Origin: Paraspadella gotoi
Taxonomy: Eukaryota; Animalia; Chaetognatha
NCBI GenBank assembly: GCA_051294375.1
Contig: CM119263.1
Span: forward strand, 29,034,079 to 29,098,078
Reading direction: 5' to 3'
DNA length: 64,000 bases
A program made the position numbers and the translations under genes. Of this stretch, positions 35,301 to 47,375 are shown piece by piece. The stretch's first letter is position 1, and the number at the start of each line of letters is the position of its first letter. Below the pieces are notes generated by a model that saw only the letters and a program-made list of their open reading frames with translations, was not told the DNA's origin and made no database searches.

Positions 35301-37928
35301 TACCTCCCTACCAACACTAACTCACCATCGATTAGATTATAACCTTTTGATAGAAAGGATCGAGAAGCGAGAATCAAGAATGAACAGGAAAAGCGAGAGG
35401 AGACGCGGTGACGCTTAAGATTTTAATAGGATAATGAAATATCCGAGGCGAGAAAAACACGCGCTCATGCAATCGCCTGCGAAGCCGGGGAAAAAAATCA
35501 TGAGATTATCGTCGCTAGCGATGATGATGATGATGATGACGAAACTGGATTCCGACTCTTCGTCGATTCAGTTAATTATGATTAAATGGAAGCTTTATCT
35601 TTTTTCAAATTCGATTGGACTCCTCTTGTACTTAATCTACAGATCGATTCAAATTAACTCGGAAAAATTTCACGTAACACCTTCGAGGAATTACCATCTT
35701 ATTCCCAGTTTGTCGGACTAAATTCCAACTTTTTTTAGGTTTTCTTTAAAATATTATTTTCATTTTCTTCATACTAATCGACTAACCTATCCGCGTAAGT
35801 GAAAAAGTCTCCAGAGATGGAAGGAAGCGTCTCTAGATTAGGATGTTCGGCGGCTTGGCGCTCTTCCTCCTCCGCCGCAGCAGCGAAATATTCGGAGAGC
35901 GTGCCGAACTTAGCCTCGACGTGCCAATCCTCTTTGGCGTTCATGTAATCGAAGAGGCGCTTGTAGTTTCCATATTGTTGATCCCATTCGATGGCTTTGT
36001 CGTATCTAAGAGAGAGCGGGGGAAATGAGTGTTGTCAACGTGTCAGATCCCAAAAACTCGACGAACCTGAAGTCGTCGCCCAAGGGGACGAGGACCGCAT
36101 TGGTTCGAAAGAGTTGAGACTTTTTTCTCCACTGATCCAAGATCATCTTGGCTCTGATGGCCACGTTCACCGAAGTAATGGGTTGAGGCGGAACCTGAGA
36201 GTCAGTTTGTATGTAATTTAGTTTAATCTTTAAATACCTTTTCACTTCCAAACTCACCTTCCAGGGGCAGTTGACCTTCGAACCCGCCAATCTCTTAAAA
36301 TCAAACTGGCAACAAATTTTTGGATCGGGCCCGCAGGTATGAGGCACATCGTAACTGTAGAAGGGCATCATGTGGCAAAACATGTCGGTGGAAGCCGTGG
36401 AATCTGTTTCAGAAATGATAAAATATACAACACAATAATAATATTTAGTCTTCAACTCTTCATTAATCATTAAAATTCATTATGCTCAATTCTCCGTTAC
36501 CCCACGACTGTCGCCACTTGAATTCCAGTCCCTTTCTTCTAGCGAGATATTTCTTGACGGAATAATGGATTCTCTGAACGAGCATATGCTCAAAACCGGA
36601 TCGCTTCAATATGTAGGCCATCGTGGGGGAGTGGCCGAATGGATCGATCGCCCAAGCCGATTTGGGCTTCACGCCGATATAGTGTTTGAGCCACTGGTGA
36701 CCTGAGCCGTGAGAAGGTGATTAGTGTCAAGTTGATCGTCAATAGATGGTATCAATTGTCACCTTCGATCAGCTGATCGATCATGGCGTAATAATGAGCG
36801 TTGGCTTCGTCGGTCATCACCCAACCCCCGGTCACGATTTCTAATTGACCAGAGGCGATGAGGTTCTTCAACGCTTGCCTTTGATCGTCTTTGGCCTAGA
36901 ATTAGAATTCGATTACGTCATCGACACTGTCACCTCACACGTCGACGTCGTCCCCCCTATTTTTTTAATAAACCTACTTGTTTCCACCACAACGAGAGGT
37001 AAGACACTTCGGCCCAGATGAACCTCCGCTCCGGTTCCTGGTTAAGTTTGCTGATCATATTGTTGAATATGTGCAGAGTTTGAAGTCGGAAATAATCTTC
37101 GAAAGTCTTTAGCCATCCGGGGTCGTTGTGCGAATGAGGAACGAGGAAAACTGAGAGGAAATCATTGGAAAGAAGATGCGAGAATGAATGGAAGTTCGTC
37201 TTATTTGGAGGCAATCTTATCTTTCCTCCACCTTTGAGTTTCTTTTTCGGGTTCCACTGTTTCTGATCGTACTTGATCTGCCACCCTTGCTTCCAAACGC
37301 CGCCATCGACGTTTTCGAATGATATCTCTTTGTACGCGTCCAACATGTCGACGGTAGCCTAGCAACGGAGATTCTAATGGAAACGCGTTTCAGATTTGTT
37401 TTCAATGTTTGTTTGGAAAACCTTGGATCGCGACTGAAGAATAAGGCACGGGGCGGATTGATTCTCTTGTGGTTTCTGAACGGTGACCTGCAACGACGGG
37501 CCGATGCGTTTGTCGATGGGCATCACGTATCTCGTCGGGGCGATGGAGACAGAGTCCATCTGTGTCAATTTTTGATTTTTGATTTTTGACCATTTCTTCC
37601 CAAGAAAGTCAGGTTTTACCTCATTAAAGGTCTTCTTGAGCCTCGCCAGCGAAGCCCCGTCCCCCTTGACGATATCGTGCAAGGCGTTCTTGATGTCGCG
37701 AATGGTCTGGTGGTTCCGCTGGAGATCTTCCTCGATTCTCCTGATCTTCGTCTCGATGTTGTTGAGCTCGTTATTGCGGATTGGGGAGGCCACGCCGACG
37801 ACGCCGACGACCCCGCCTTCGCCGTTCGGATCGCGCGAGACCGTCATCTGCATCTCGAGCATCAGGTAGAGCATGAAGCAGGCGACGGCGAAGAGCGCCA
37901 TCCAAACGAAGAACAGATAGCGTCGCAT
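23109..37928 (-). CDS. MAN2A1: Golgi alpha-mannosidase II (GH38), multi-exon
   Basis: Type II signal anchor [24 protein letters not shown] plus coiled stem. Motifs [125 protein letters not shown] at 23109. Two introns of about 4 kb are transposon-rich. Confidence 0.95.
24928..25458. mobile_element. Small TIR element (MITE-like)
   Basis: tcgagggaataatcagatttt at the left is matched by aaatcatgatttttccctcga at the right; internal repeat tgggggagcgcga occurs twice. No clear TSD. Confidence 0.4.
25878..26692. mobile_element. Non-autonomous DNA transposon with TTAA TSD (Kolobok-like), copy 1
   Basis: TTAA|GAGGAAAGGTCATTCA ... TGAATGACCCTTTTTC|TTAA. RR..YY termini plus TTAA fit Kolobok better than piggyBac (CCC..GGG). 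Near-identical copy at 39428-40240. Confidence 0.85.
26707..27288. mobile_element. Telomere-repeat-containing foldback element (Helentron/HINE-like family)
   Basis: Begins ggtaaaattttactttcaccgac, an end shared with the 61957 element. Two ~150-bp CCCTAA/CCCTAAA-rich units are followed by two inverted TTAGGG/TTTAGGG units, with the centre near 27035. Confidence 0.65.
30130..31146. mobile_element. Non-autonomous hAT element with long TIRs and 8-bp TSD TTATGTAG
   Basis: TAGGGCGTTTTAAAATAACAAAATATA...GAATAAGGTACATAGCTATTTTAG mirrored at the right end (...TAAACGCCTTA). Flanked by ttatgtag at 30122-30129 and 31147-31154. Confidence 0.85.
31155..34162 (+). mobile_element. Decayed hAT (hATm-like) transposon with transposase pseudogene, 8-bp TSD TTATGTAG
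   Basis: TIRs of about 85 bp, TAGACACATTTTTTTCCGCAACAAATGGTCATA... and ...ATGACCATTTGTTGCGGAAAAAAATGTGTCTA. Frameshifted transposase blocks HAR(W)[11 protein letters not shown]...[13 protein letters not shown] (~31925-32100) and [38 protein letters not shown]...IEEHR (~33535-33720). Confidence 0.88.
32127..33213. mobile_element. Nested insertion with 9-bp TSD (Mutator/MULE-like) interrupting the hAT transposase
   Basis: ctaatggcg at 32118-32126 and 33214-33222. Removing the insert restores HEDLMA|[13 protein letters not shown]. Subterminal cgcagtttaaactg / cagttcaaactgcg; interior is (TC)n and (GA)-rich low complexity. Confidence 0.7.
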
Positions 37929-38379
37929 CGCCTCGTCGGGTTAAAGCGAGTGAAATGGAAAAAAAAGTTTAAAGTCTGAACGGAGAGCGAGCCTCGCGCG
38001 ACCCGACCCAAGGGAAGCGGCTTTCGAGATTCGGCTTTTAAAAACTCGCCCTCCGGTTCGCGTTCAACTGAAAACAGTCGCGAGCCGCTCTGGCCAACGC
38101 GGCCAAGGATTTTGCCAACAAATGAGGGCAGCGGTCATTGTTTCTAATGTTTTTTTTCCTGGCAAGAGTCGTTTAAAATGTCTATTAATACTGATAAGAT
38201 AACACGCTTCCCGAAAAAAGGCACGCTTACTCCTAGAACTGACAACGAAAATAAATTTAATAAAAACGAAAAGATATATCCGATCCAAAAATAGTTTCAA
38301 AAAAGTCAACGATTGTAAAACGTCAAAAACAACGAAAAGGGCGCGATGTAAACCAATCGAAAAAAAACCAAATCCTCTC

Positions 38380-41300
38380 CTATTGGATTCTAAAGGTGAC
38401 ATCGGCGTTGGACGGTTCGAAGTTGACCTTGACCGAAATTGATTCCGGCGCGCCTTTTCGATTCCGAACGAAGATCCCTTGCTTCCAATTTCGGTTCCAT
38501 CGGATGGAACCGTTGGGGTCGATCGATTCCATACCCGTCAAGACGGCGACGTCGTCGTCGTAGCGCCACTCCATCCAAAAGGCGACGCCGTTGAGCGCCG
38601 CTGGGTCGCGGACCTCGAGGATAGTCTCGCGGCGCCGCAGCTTGGCGTCGATGGCCAACGTCTGGAGGTCGAAAGTCATGAGGTCGGCGGGGGCCGAGAC
38701 GGCGCGGCAGGGATATTCCCACAGGGGCTGGGGTTCGACGACGGGATCGACGGCGGCCGAAGCGGAGATAACGGCCGCGTCGAATTCGGAAAGATCGAAG
38801 CCAAGAGCGGATTTCCCGACAGGAGCTCGGATTTTCCAGAGATCCTTATTATCGGATCAGAAAGAGGGCGGAGGAAAAGCAACGAGGGAGAAAAGAAAGT
38901 GATTCATTCTTTAACAAATAAAAGTATATAAAACAAATGGGAGAGAGAGGGAGAGAGAGGGAGAGAGAGGGAAAGAGAGATACTGCATATTTAAGACAGG
39001 GTGGAAGTTAAAATGATATGTCTCGATAATTAACACCTTATCATCTTAACTTTTCTCTTAATCCCTTACCTTCATCTCCACGCAAATTCCCCTCAAAACG
39101 CCCTCCCGCGGCAAGCAGACAAAGTCTTTCTTCAAGGCGTGACGTAATCCTCGCAGAACGTAGGAAAAATAGAGAGAATCCCAGGGAAGGCAGGTAGTCC
39201 TGAAGTGCATGTCCGAGACGAGGACGTCGATCTTAAGTCCATCGAAGTCGTCGGAGCACAGTTTCTCGAAGGGCGTGGTCACAACGCGGACGCAATCGGA
39301 GAAGCCGTTGTGGCGGGCGAGAGATTCTGTCAAGTCGCGAGTCCACCGGTGGTTGTCAATAAGGAACACCTGGAGTAAATGTTTAGCGTTAAAATTCCAA
39401 TTAGGAATAAGATGGCATATTTTTTAAGAGGAAAGGTCATTCAGCATAACAATACGTAATCATTGATGTATTAGAGCTAATACATCGAGAAATACATCGT
39501 AATCACCAGTAATCACCAAAAAAAAGTTTTTATTTATATGTAAACATTGTGTTTTAAATATTTTTTTTTAAATCGGTAAATAACAAAATTGTTAAGTTAA
39601 ATGGGTAAGCACATTTTTTAAAGATTTGTTTTTCAATCTGTTTGTTAAAAAATTCTAGGTAAGAAGTTAAAACACGGTATGGAATAGTTTAGAAGGGGAG
39701 AATTAAACAATTAATCTCGTTACTCTGTTGGTTTTCCAGTCATGAACAGAACTTTCAGTTAAATAGATGGTAAAGAAATTCGAGCTTACAAATGAATCTA
39801 CACTGAATTTGAAGATTGCAGCCTAGACGACTGCAATAATATTGAATTAAAAATTTGATTAGCAATCTTAAAAACATTTGTAAAAATGTAATAGAGAGAC
39901 ATTTTGATAAACGCGTTCCAGTTAGAAAGAATTCAGGGTTAAGTTTAAAAACGTTTCATTTTCAAGTATACAGTTGAAATTTAAAATGTCTCTCTATTAC
40001 ATTTTTCTAATTCAGTAATAAAAAATTCATAAAAAATATCAGATGGATGGCCTTTTCGTTTGACCTGCAACTCTTCAGATAGGTTTCTTTTTATTTTATT
40101 ATAATTAAAACCGATATAAAATGGGGTAGAATGCATCAAATGTTTAAAGTGAATACATTTTCGGAATCGCAAGAGCTCAGCTTTCTGAATTTGTACTCCA
40201 TTTGGCCTATTTTTGAAGTTGAATTGAATGACCCTTTTTCTTAACAAGTTAAAAATCAGCAGAAAATCTCTAGGTCTTACACGTTTAGCTCCAAGACTGG
40301 CCGCAAGCAGCGGCAGCAGCGAGCCTTCTCCCACGCAGCAGACGACGGAATCCTCGCCGACGACGCGACGCAGCGAGGCGAGGAGTTTCTCGCGAGTGGC
40401 GGGACAGTTGGCCCAACCGAGACGAGAGCGGGAGACGATGGCGGGAGAGAGAGACGGAGCTATCGACTCGTCATCCTTCATCCGAAAAGAGAAAGAGTAA
40501 GAGTCGTGAGCGGCGATAAGCGTCGCAGATCGATCAGCGATCAGTCGTCGTTCGTCGGATAAAAAGTAGACGGCTTGCATCCAGTGGTCGCGCCACGGAT
40601 GCGAAGCGTCGACGTCTTTGTCCGTCGAAAGATTTCCCGGTTTCATGTCGATCCAGACGTCGCCGCGTAGATCCATTCGCAAGTCCCACCAGAAGAAGAG
40701 GGCGTGGGCGACGCCGTTGTCGGAGGGCGCGAAGTCGACGGCGACGGAACGAGAGTCGAGGAGGCGAGTGGCGCCGGAAAAGTCGAACTCGAAGATTTTG
40801 ATCGGCGCCGAGAGGAGGGAGAATTCGGAGAGGGGAAGTTGGGAGAGCTGAATGGAGAGAAGTCGGGAATAAGATTTATGCCTAAAGATAAAGGAACTTT
40901 ATAAATAAACTTATACGAATTCGCTGGAGGCGCTTGCTCGGCGAACCTGAAGATCGTAAAAGACGTCTCCGCAAGGGAAAGTGTCGTTGGGGGGAATTTC
41001 GACCAATTTGTCGTTTACTGAAAAAGATTGAAGTTTGTGCCAACGCCAGAGCGATTCAGAGTTTACGACCTGGATGAAAATTTCATGGGCAAAAGTTTTT
41101 TTATACTTTAAAAACGTTAAACGCAATTAATTATTCCCAACGGACCTGCACGAATACTCTCGCTAACGAAGGAACCACGATGCAATCCGAGGTCAACAGA
41201 TGGTCCAGTGCGTGGCGGAATGTCTCGATGGCGCCCTCTCCGATCAACTCCGTGTCGAACACTTCCGTCACTGCGGGGGAAAAAAAACTATCATTTGGGG

Positions 41301-42101
41301 GAATCTTCGACTTCGAGAGAAGATCAAATTAAGATCATATTAAATAATCATCTCTTCCATATAGTAGGGAATACGAAAGTAATGAATATGAATGAATAAT
41401 ATGAAAGTATCGTTCACCCAATATGTTGGCGCGTCTGCCGTCCATATCTCGTTCGAGGCTCATGTCGGTGGACCGCTTTCGGACGATTTTGATTCTCTCG
41501 CCAAACCTGAGAGGCGCGAGCTGAGAAATGAGGAAGGGTCAGGACTTTAATCATCCCTCCGACGAGGACGACGCACCCGTTGTCATCGACGATGCGTCGA
41601 GCGATCTTCGCCACGGGGGAGAAGGCCTCGCAGGCGATCACGTCCTCGGCGCCGTGACGACAGGCCAGCATGGACAACAACCCAGTGCCTGTCGGTTTAA
41701 AAAGGATAATGTTTAAATAAAATTATATAAAACTACTAATTAATCGTCACGAAAAAAAAAACGGTCGAAGACCTGTTCCGATGTCCAAAACTCTGGGTTC
41801 GAGTCCGCGACTCTTCGTTTCTTCGACGGCGGATTTAATGGCGGCTTCGTATTTCTCGTTTCGATCGACATCGTGCAGCATGTCCGCGAAGGCGGAGCGG
41901 GCTAAATCCTGACCGGGTAACAGTTCTCATCTCATTAAGGAAAAAGAACCTTTTCAGAGGAGGATTTAGCCTGCCGTCCAATTCTCTTCGCGACATATAC
42001 CATTATTTTTCCCTCTATTTCTTCACGCCTTCAATACCCCTCAAGCTTTTTTTTTTCGCAATATCAACTACCTGAATTGAATCGTAGGCATCTGGCTTCA
42101 T
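38380..42101 (-). CDS. PRMT7: Protein arginine N-methyltransferase 7, multi-exon
   Basis: [10 protein letters not shown]|[24 protein letters not shown]...[15 protein letters not shown]...ACEAFSPVA...[15 protein letters not shown]...[11 protein letters not shown], then a second degenerate methyltransferase module ([12 protein letters not shown]...NGVAFWMEW...WNRNWKQGI). Confidence 0.93.
39428..40240. mobile_element. Non-autonomous DNA transposon with TTAA TSD (Kolobok-like), copy 2, in a PRMT7 intron
   Basis: Same termini, TTAA flanks and internal sequence as 25878-26692, with scattered substitutions and small indels. Confidence 0.85.
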
Positions 42102-42885
42102 TTTCCTGTGACGTCTGTTTAGGGCGCAAAGAAATGAGCTCACACACAGAATCGCTAATTGTATTTTAAAAAGTCCTTCGCTTTTCTAAGAAGAATGAAA
42201 ACTTTTTTTTCGTCGTCGTTAATCTGTATAAAAAATATAACGGTTTATTTATAATCATTTTAGAATAGTTTTAAATGAACGCAAAAGAAAACTCGTCCCG
42301 ATTAAATTTGACAAAAATATTTTAAAAAGGAGAAAAACCAAATACCTATGAACAAACAAATTCAGCAAATATTAAAATCCGAAAAATCATTTTATTATGC
42401 TTTTAAAATCAAAATTTGCAGGGTTTAAAACCCGCCACATGCGGACATTGTTAAACCGTTTAAGATCAATTTATAAACCCATTTTTGGCACAAGAATAAA
42501 TGGTTTTGCCTAAAAGTTTCCCACAAAACCATCAACTACGAAAAGTGAGACTAGACCAAGGAGAAGCTTTCCTCTTTCCCGATTGTTTTGCAATGATACT
42601 TGTAATTATAAATATATAAAGCGCTTGTTACTATCCGAAATACAGGGGAAGGTGGGACTGTGAATAACTTTAAAACAAAGTAAGCAGTCCAAGGCCAAAG
42701 TTCCTCGAAATCGTGAATATAAATAATTAAAGCGCTTGAAATACCCGAGCAAGGTGGGACAAGGGACTAAAAAAGTTCAGTTTCTCGATAATTCAAGAAA
42801 CCATGGATAGAATTATGCTCATAACAATAATTATCAATGCATAAAGGCAGTAAATACAACATACTCAACAGATCTCAAACGGACT

Positions 42886-44197
42886 TTAGATCGAAATCTC
42901 CGCCAGATTCCTATTCGTCGCGGATGTTTGAGTCGAAGACGTCGTCGTCGTTGTCGACGGTGTCACGGTCGTCGGCGCCTGGGTGGTCGTGACCTGCGGC
43001 CCGCACGACACCTTCTGATAACTGTCCGCGATTTTGGTGAAGGAGTAGCCCATGATGGTGACCTGGGCCGTGGCTTGGAACCGCATGTAGATAGAGTGGA
43101 CCCAAGTTCTAGGGTCGTTGCAAAACTTGACGAGATAGGCGAGGTCGTCTTGGAATTTAATCTCGATCTTCTGACTGATGATCGTGTGCGACTGAATGGA
43201 GACGTCGACCGCAGTTTCGTTCGTCGTCTCGCTCACCAGTTTGTTTAGATAAGCTTGAACGTTGAGTTTCTGGAGGAGCCAAAAGTTCCAAGGTCGCCAT
43301 AAAACATTCGTAAGCAATACAAACAATACGCGTATTTTTAAAAATATTTTTTTAGTCACACTAATATTTCGATTTTAGTTACTGGCTCTTATTATTCTTT
43401 TATTCAAAACTAATCTGAAGTCGCCCCAAAACCCCACAAAAACTCCGCCTCAATGTCTTCACCCACCTGCAAAGTGATGGGGTAGTAATTGGGATTGCTG
43501 AGGATCCACCAATTGCGGACGCTAAAGTCGACGACCAACGAGGAGACGTTGATGTTAAGGTCGATCGGGAGAAGCTCGGGTTCGGGGGTCGGGGAAGTCA
43601 GATCGAAGGATCGAGGGTAGATGAAGAAGATGATCATGAAGGCGACGATGAGGGAAAGGACGACGGCGAAAAGGACGTGGATCTTCGTGCGAGAGGGCTG
43701 GAGATTGGAAGGGAAGGGAAGGGAATCTAAATCTAAATCTAAACTTACATATCAAAAATAAGTCGTTATAGTTATACTTATAGTTACTTATAGTCGTTCC
43801 ATGGTGATTCTTTCCATTCTATCACAACCAATTAACCGACTCCGTATTCGCGAGAACCTTTCCCCCAGCTCACCTTCAGCCTGTCGTCATCGGCCGGAAT
43901 CAGCGCCACCAAGTGTCGTTCTTTCTCCTTCGGCACTTTCCCGTGACCGTTGCACGTGGGACAGACGTTAGGGTCGCCAGTGGCGCCGCCTTCTCGTTCG
44001 CGCGACCTGGCCCGCCACCTTCCGGCCGGCTGCGGCGGCGGCGGCGGCGGCGGCGCCGTGAGCGACCTCGACGGGCCGGCGGTGGCGCCGAGGGCCGAGT
44101 GCCTCGAAGCGGATGACGCCGTGGAATCGTCGTCGTCGGCGTCGTTTTCTTCGTCCATCTTGTCGTATTCGGTATTATCTTTGGCACGCCAGACCAT
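42886..44197 (-). CDS. TMEM106B: TMEM106 family lysosomal type II membrane protein, 3 coding exons
   Basis: CPTCNGHGKVPKEKERHLVALIPADDDRLK|PSRTKIHVLFAVVLSLIVAFMIIFFIYPRS...NPNYYPITLQ|...FC...QVTIMGYS...YQKVSC matches the TMEM106 CxxC motif, TM helix and luminal domain. Confidence 0.9.
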
Positions 44198-44672
44198 CCT
44201 TTGTCTGGAGTTGGAAGGGGTCTGGAGAAAGACTACGAGGAAAAAGTGGATCGAAAGAAAAGAAAATAAAATATCGTCGAGGGGCAAGAAAGAAAAGTCA
44301 TTTCACAATGACGATGAATTTCTTTGAAGAGCTGGGGGGAGGCCGGGGAGGGGGGCAATCTAATTTTTACGTCGTTCCGAGAATAAAAAATTTTTAAAAA
44401 AGTTGTCGCTAGTTTAATTTTACGACCAGCGAGGAACGAAAAAAAATAGTTTAGCAGTTATAATATCGATTCAGTAACGAAAATTAATCAACGAGTATTT
44501 TAAAATATCAGATAAACAGGCGCAAATTTCGTCGAAAATAAAGGGATTGCACACAATTTAAAGACTCCATCCATCGGGACGGATGGGAGATTCTAAAATC
44601 GCTCGAGAGGCGCGATTAGTTTTTAAGACGCATCCGACAAAGTCGCGAAGGAGACGGTCCCAGCGTCGGGCG

Positions 44673-47375
44673 TCACCAAAGATGCGCCTCGTGTTGGGGC
44701 ATTTTGACGACGCCGACGCCGCCGCCGAGCCGCCTGTAATTCATTCCGCCGTAGAGTTTCCACGAGTTGGATTCGGGGTCGAAGACTTCGATCGTTTTTA
44801 AGTAAGTGGAGCCGTCGAAGCCGCCGATCGCCATCAGTTGTCCATTGACCACGGCGAGACCCACCTGACGGGATTTTAACGAAGTTAATCGGTGAATCTC
44901 GTTTTAAAGATGGCGACTTTCTTAAGAAATAAAATAACTAACCCCGCTTCTCCTCGAATTCATGGCAACGACAGCGTTCCATTGGTTGGTGGCGGGATTG
45001 TAACGTTCGGCGCTGCTCAATTCCGTCGTGTCGTCGCGACCTCCGACGGCGTAGATCATCCCGTTGAAAACTGCCGCGCCTGGAAACGATCGATTTTCAG
45101 TTAATAAATAGTTGTACTAATAACTAATAACTTCTAACTGGATGACTAATAATCTCATTTACACTTCCTAATTCCTTATTTCCGGACCCCGGCTCCATCC
45201 ATTTTTCACGCACCTAAATGCTTTCTCCTTGTGCCCATAGGAGCAACGGGCGTCCACCGATTGGCTCGAGGGTCGTAGCGTTCGACGGTGTTGAGGGGCG
45301 ACGTGCCGTCCGAGCCGCCGATGGCGTACAAGAGTCCGCCGAGGACGGCCACGGCCACGCCCAAACGGCGCGTCGACATCGATGACACTTTTTGCCATTT
45401 GTTCGCCTTTGGAAAGGGAAAGGAGTTGTCCTTAATTCTCATCAAAGTCGTCAAGCCTTATCCATTCTCTCCATCGACAGGTAACCTGCGGATCGTATCT
45501 CTCGACGACGTTCAAGCAAGACACTCCGTCCTGCCCTCCGACGGCGTACATGAAGCCGTCCAACACGGCAACGCCCACCGATGTCCGACATGTCGACGTC
45601 AGCGCAACGTCCGACGACCACTGGTTGGTCTGAGGGTCGTAGCGCTCGATTGAGTTCAGGTATGATTGGCCGTCGTGCCCGCCTACGGTGAGAAATTGGT
45701 CACGAGAAATGTATGATCGAACGGGGGCGTGGCGCCAAGGGATCACTCGTCGCTTTACCGACGGCGAATAAGAGATCGTTGAGGACGGCGACGCCGACGC
45801 CGCAGCGCCGTTTCGACATCGGCGCAACCATGCGCCACTCGTTCGTCTGCGGGTCGTAGCGCTCCACCGAGGCGATGGCGTCTCCGCTGCACCAACCGCC
45901 GACGGCGAAGAGAACCTCTCCGCAACGGACCGGCTTGCGGGGGCGGGTGCGGGGACCTGGAATTGGGGAGAGGGCGCAGGAGGGAAGGTTAAGATCGAGA
46001 GAAATGACGAGTGAGGGGGCGAGATTAGAACCGGAAGTTCACCTTGCATGAGAGGGCGCTCTTGGGGGAGGAGGAGATAATTTTTGGCTTCGTCGACGAG
46101 ATCTCGACAAGCGTCGTCGGCTTTGATGAGAATGTCCGAGCTCACCGTGCCGACGAGGAACTTGGGACTGGACAAAAAAAAAGAGGCACGAGATGTGATA
46201 AAGCCTAAAGAGGTTGTTGAAAAAGATCTCTATTTACCTTAGTAGCGGAAGCCGTACGTGTTGCGCGACGGAGGCGAGGTGCGGACGTCGCTCAGAAGCG
46301 TTGTAGCGGACCCAGGACATGATGGCGTTGAAGACTTGCTCCTCCGTTCGGACGTTTAGTTCGTCAGAGGAGATGATGTCGATCAACTGATTCGGCGGAA
46401 GAAGGAGGAATTCCTCGCTCTCCATTACCTTCAAGGTTTGAATAAAGTATATAAACTTAAAACTACTTTTCACAAATTAAATCACGGTATAATTTATAAT
46501 ATTAATTTTCAGTCGCACCTCCTGGAAGTTGTTCTGCGTGAACTTGTCCGCGATCCTCAAGAGGTCGCGGCAAGCGTGGGTGTCGGCAAAAGCGCGGATG
46601 CCCAAACAGTTGGACGGATCAAGTTGTCGCTTTAAGAATTCGCAGCAAGTGTCCTGGAAACGAGGATCATCTTAATTAATAGTCAAAACACCTGTGGTTC
46701 GAAAGGCGGGTTTTCGCCACAAACCTGTATCTCCTGCAATTGAAGCAAACAGGCGGCTGGCAGAAGCGTCTGGACGTTGTTTTCCTCCACGGTGATCTTG
46801 GAGGTGTAGCAAAAGTCGACGAGGAGTTCCATCGCCGACTCGTCGATGTCGCGAATCGTCACTTCCGTCTGTCGACTCTCCGCCAGTTCGCCTGTTCGAG
46901 GGTGGAGGTTAAGAGAGACTGTTTATAACGCCAAGAGGTAAAAAACCCTGTAAAATTATTTCGAGGATCTCACCGGTGAACATGGCGTGGAAGTAAGGGG
47001 AACAGGCCGAGAGGATGACCCTGTGGGCGAAGATCTTCTTGTTGGCGACGATGAGGACGACGTCGCAAAGTTCGCGGTGTTTGCGGAGAACGTTGATCGC
47101 CTGAGAAACAGAAGAGGAGAAAAGCGTCAGGGGTCGAGGGGGTGTTAGAAAGGCGTCGAACTACATCTCAAAGATGAGTTTATATTTTGTGACTATAATC
47201 GACACACGCCCTTATTCCACGCTTTAATTAGATGCCACAATGCTCTCTTACGTAAAAAAAAAATTCTTTTCCTCGCCTGTTATACCTCTAAAGTAAATTT
47301 AGGATGCTTGTCCGAAGAATAAGGTAAGCGAGCGGGGGAGGGAGGCCGATCGAGATTGAATCCGCGCGACTCCAT
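44673..47375 (-). CDS. KLHL20: Kelch-like protein 20 / diablo (BTB-BACK-Kelch, CUL3 adaptor), multi-exon
   Basis: [143 protein letters not shown]. Confidence 0.96.
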
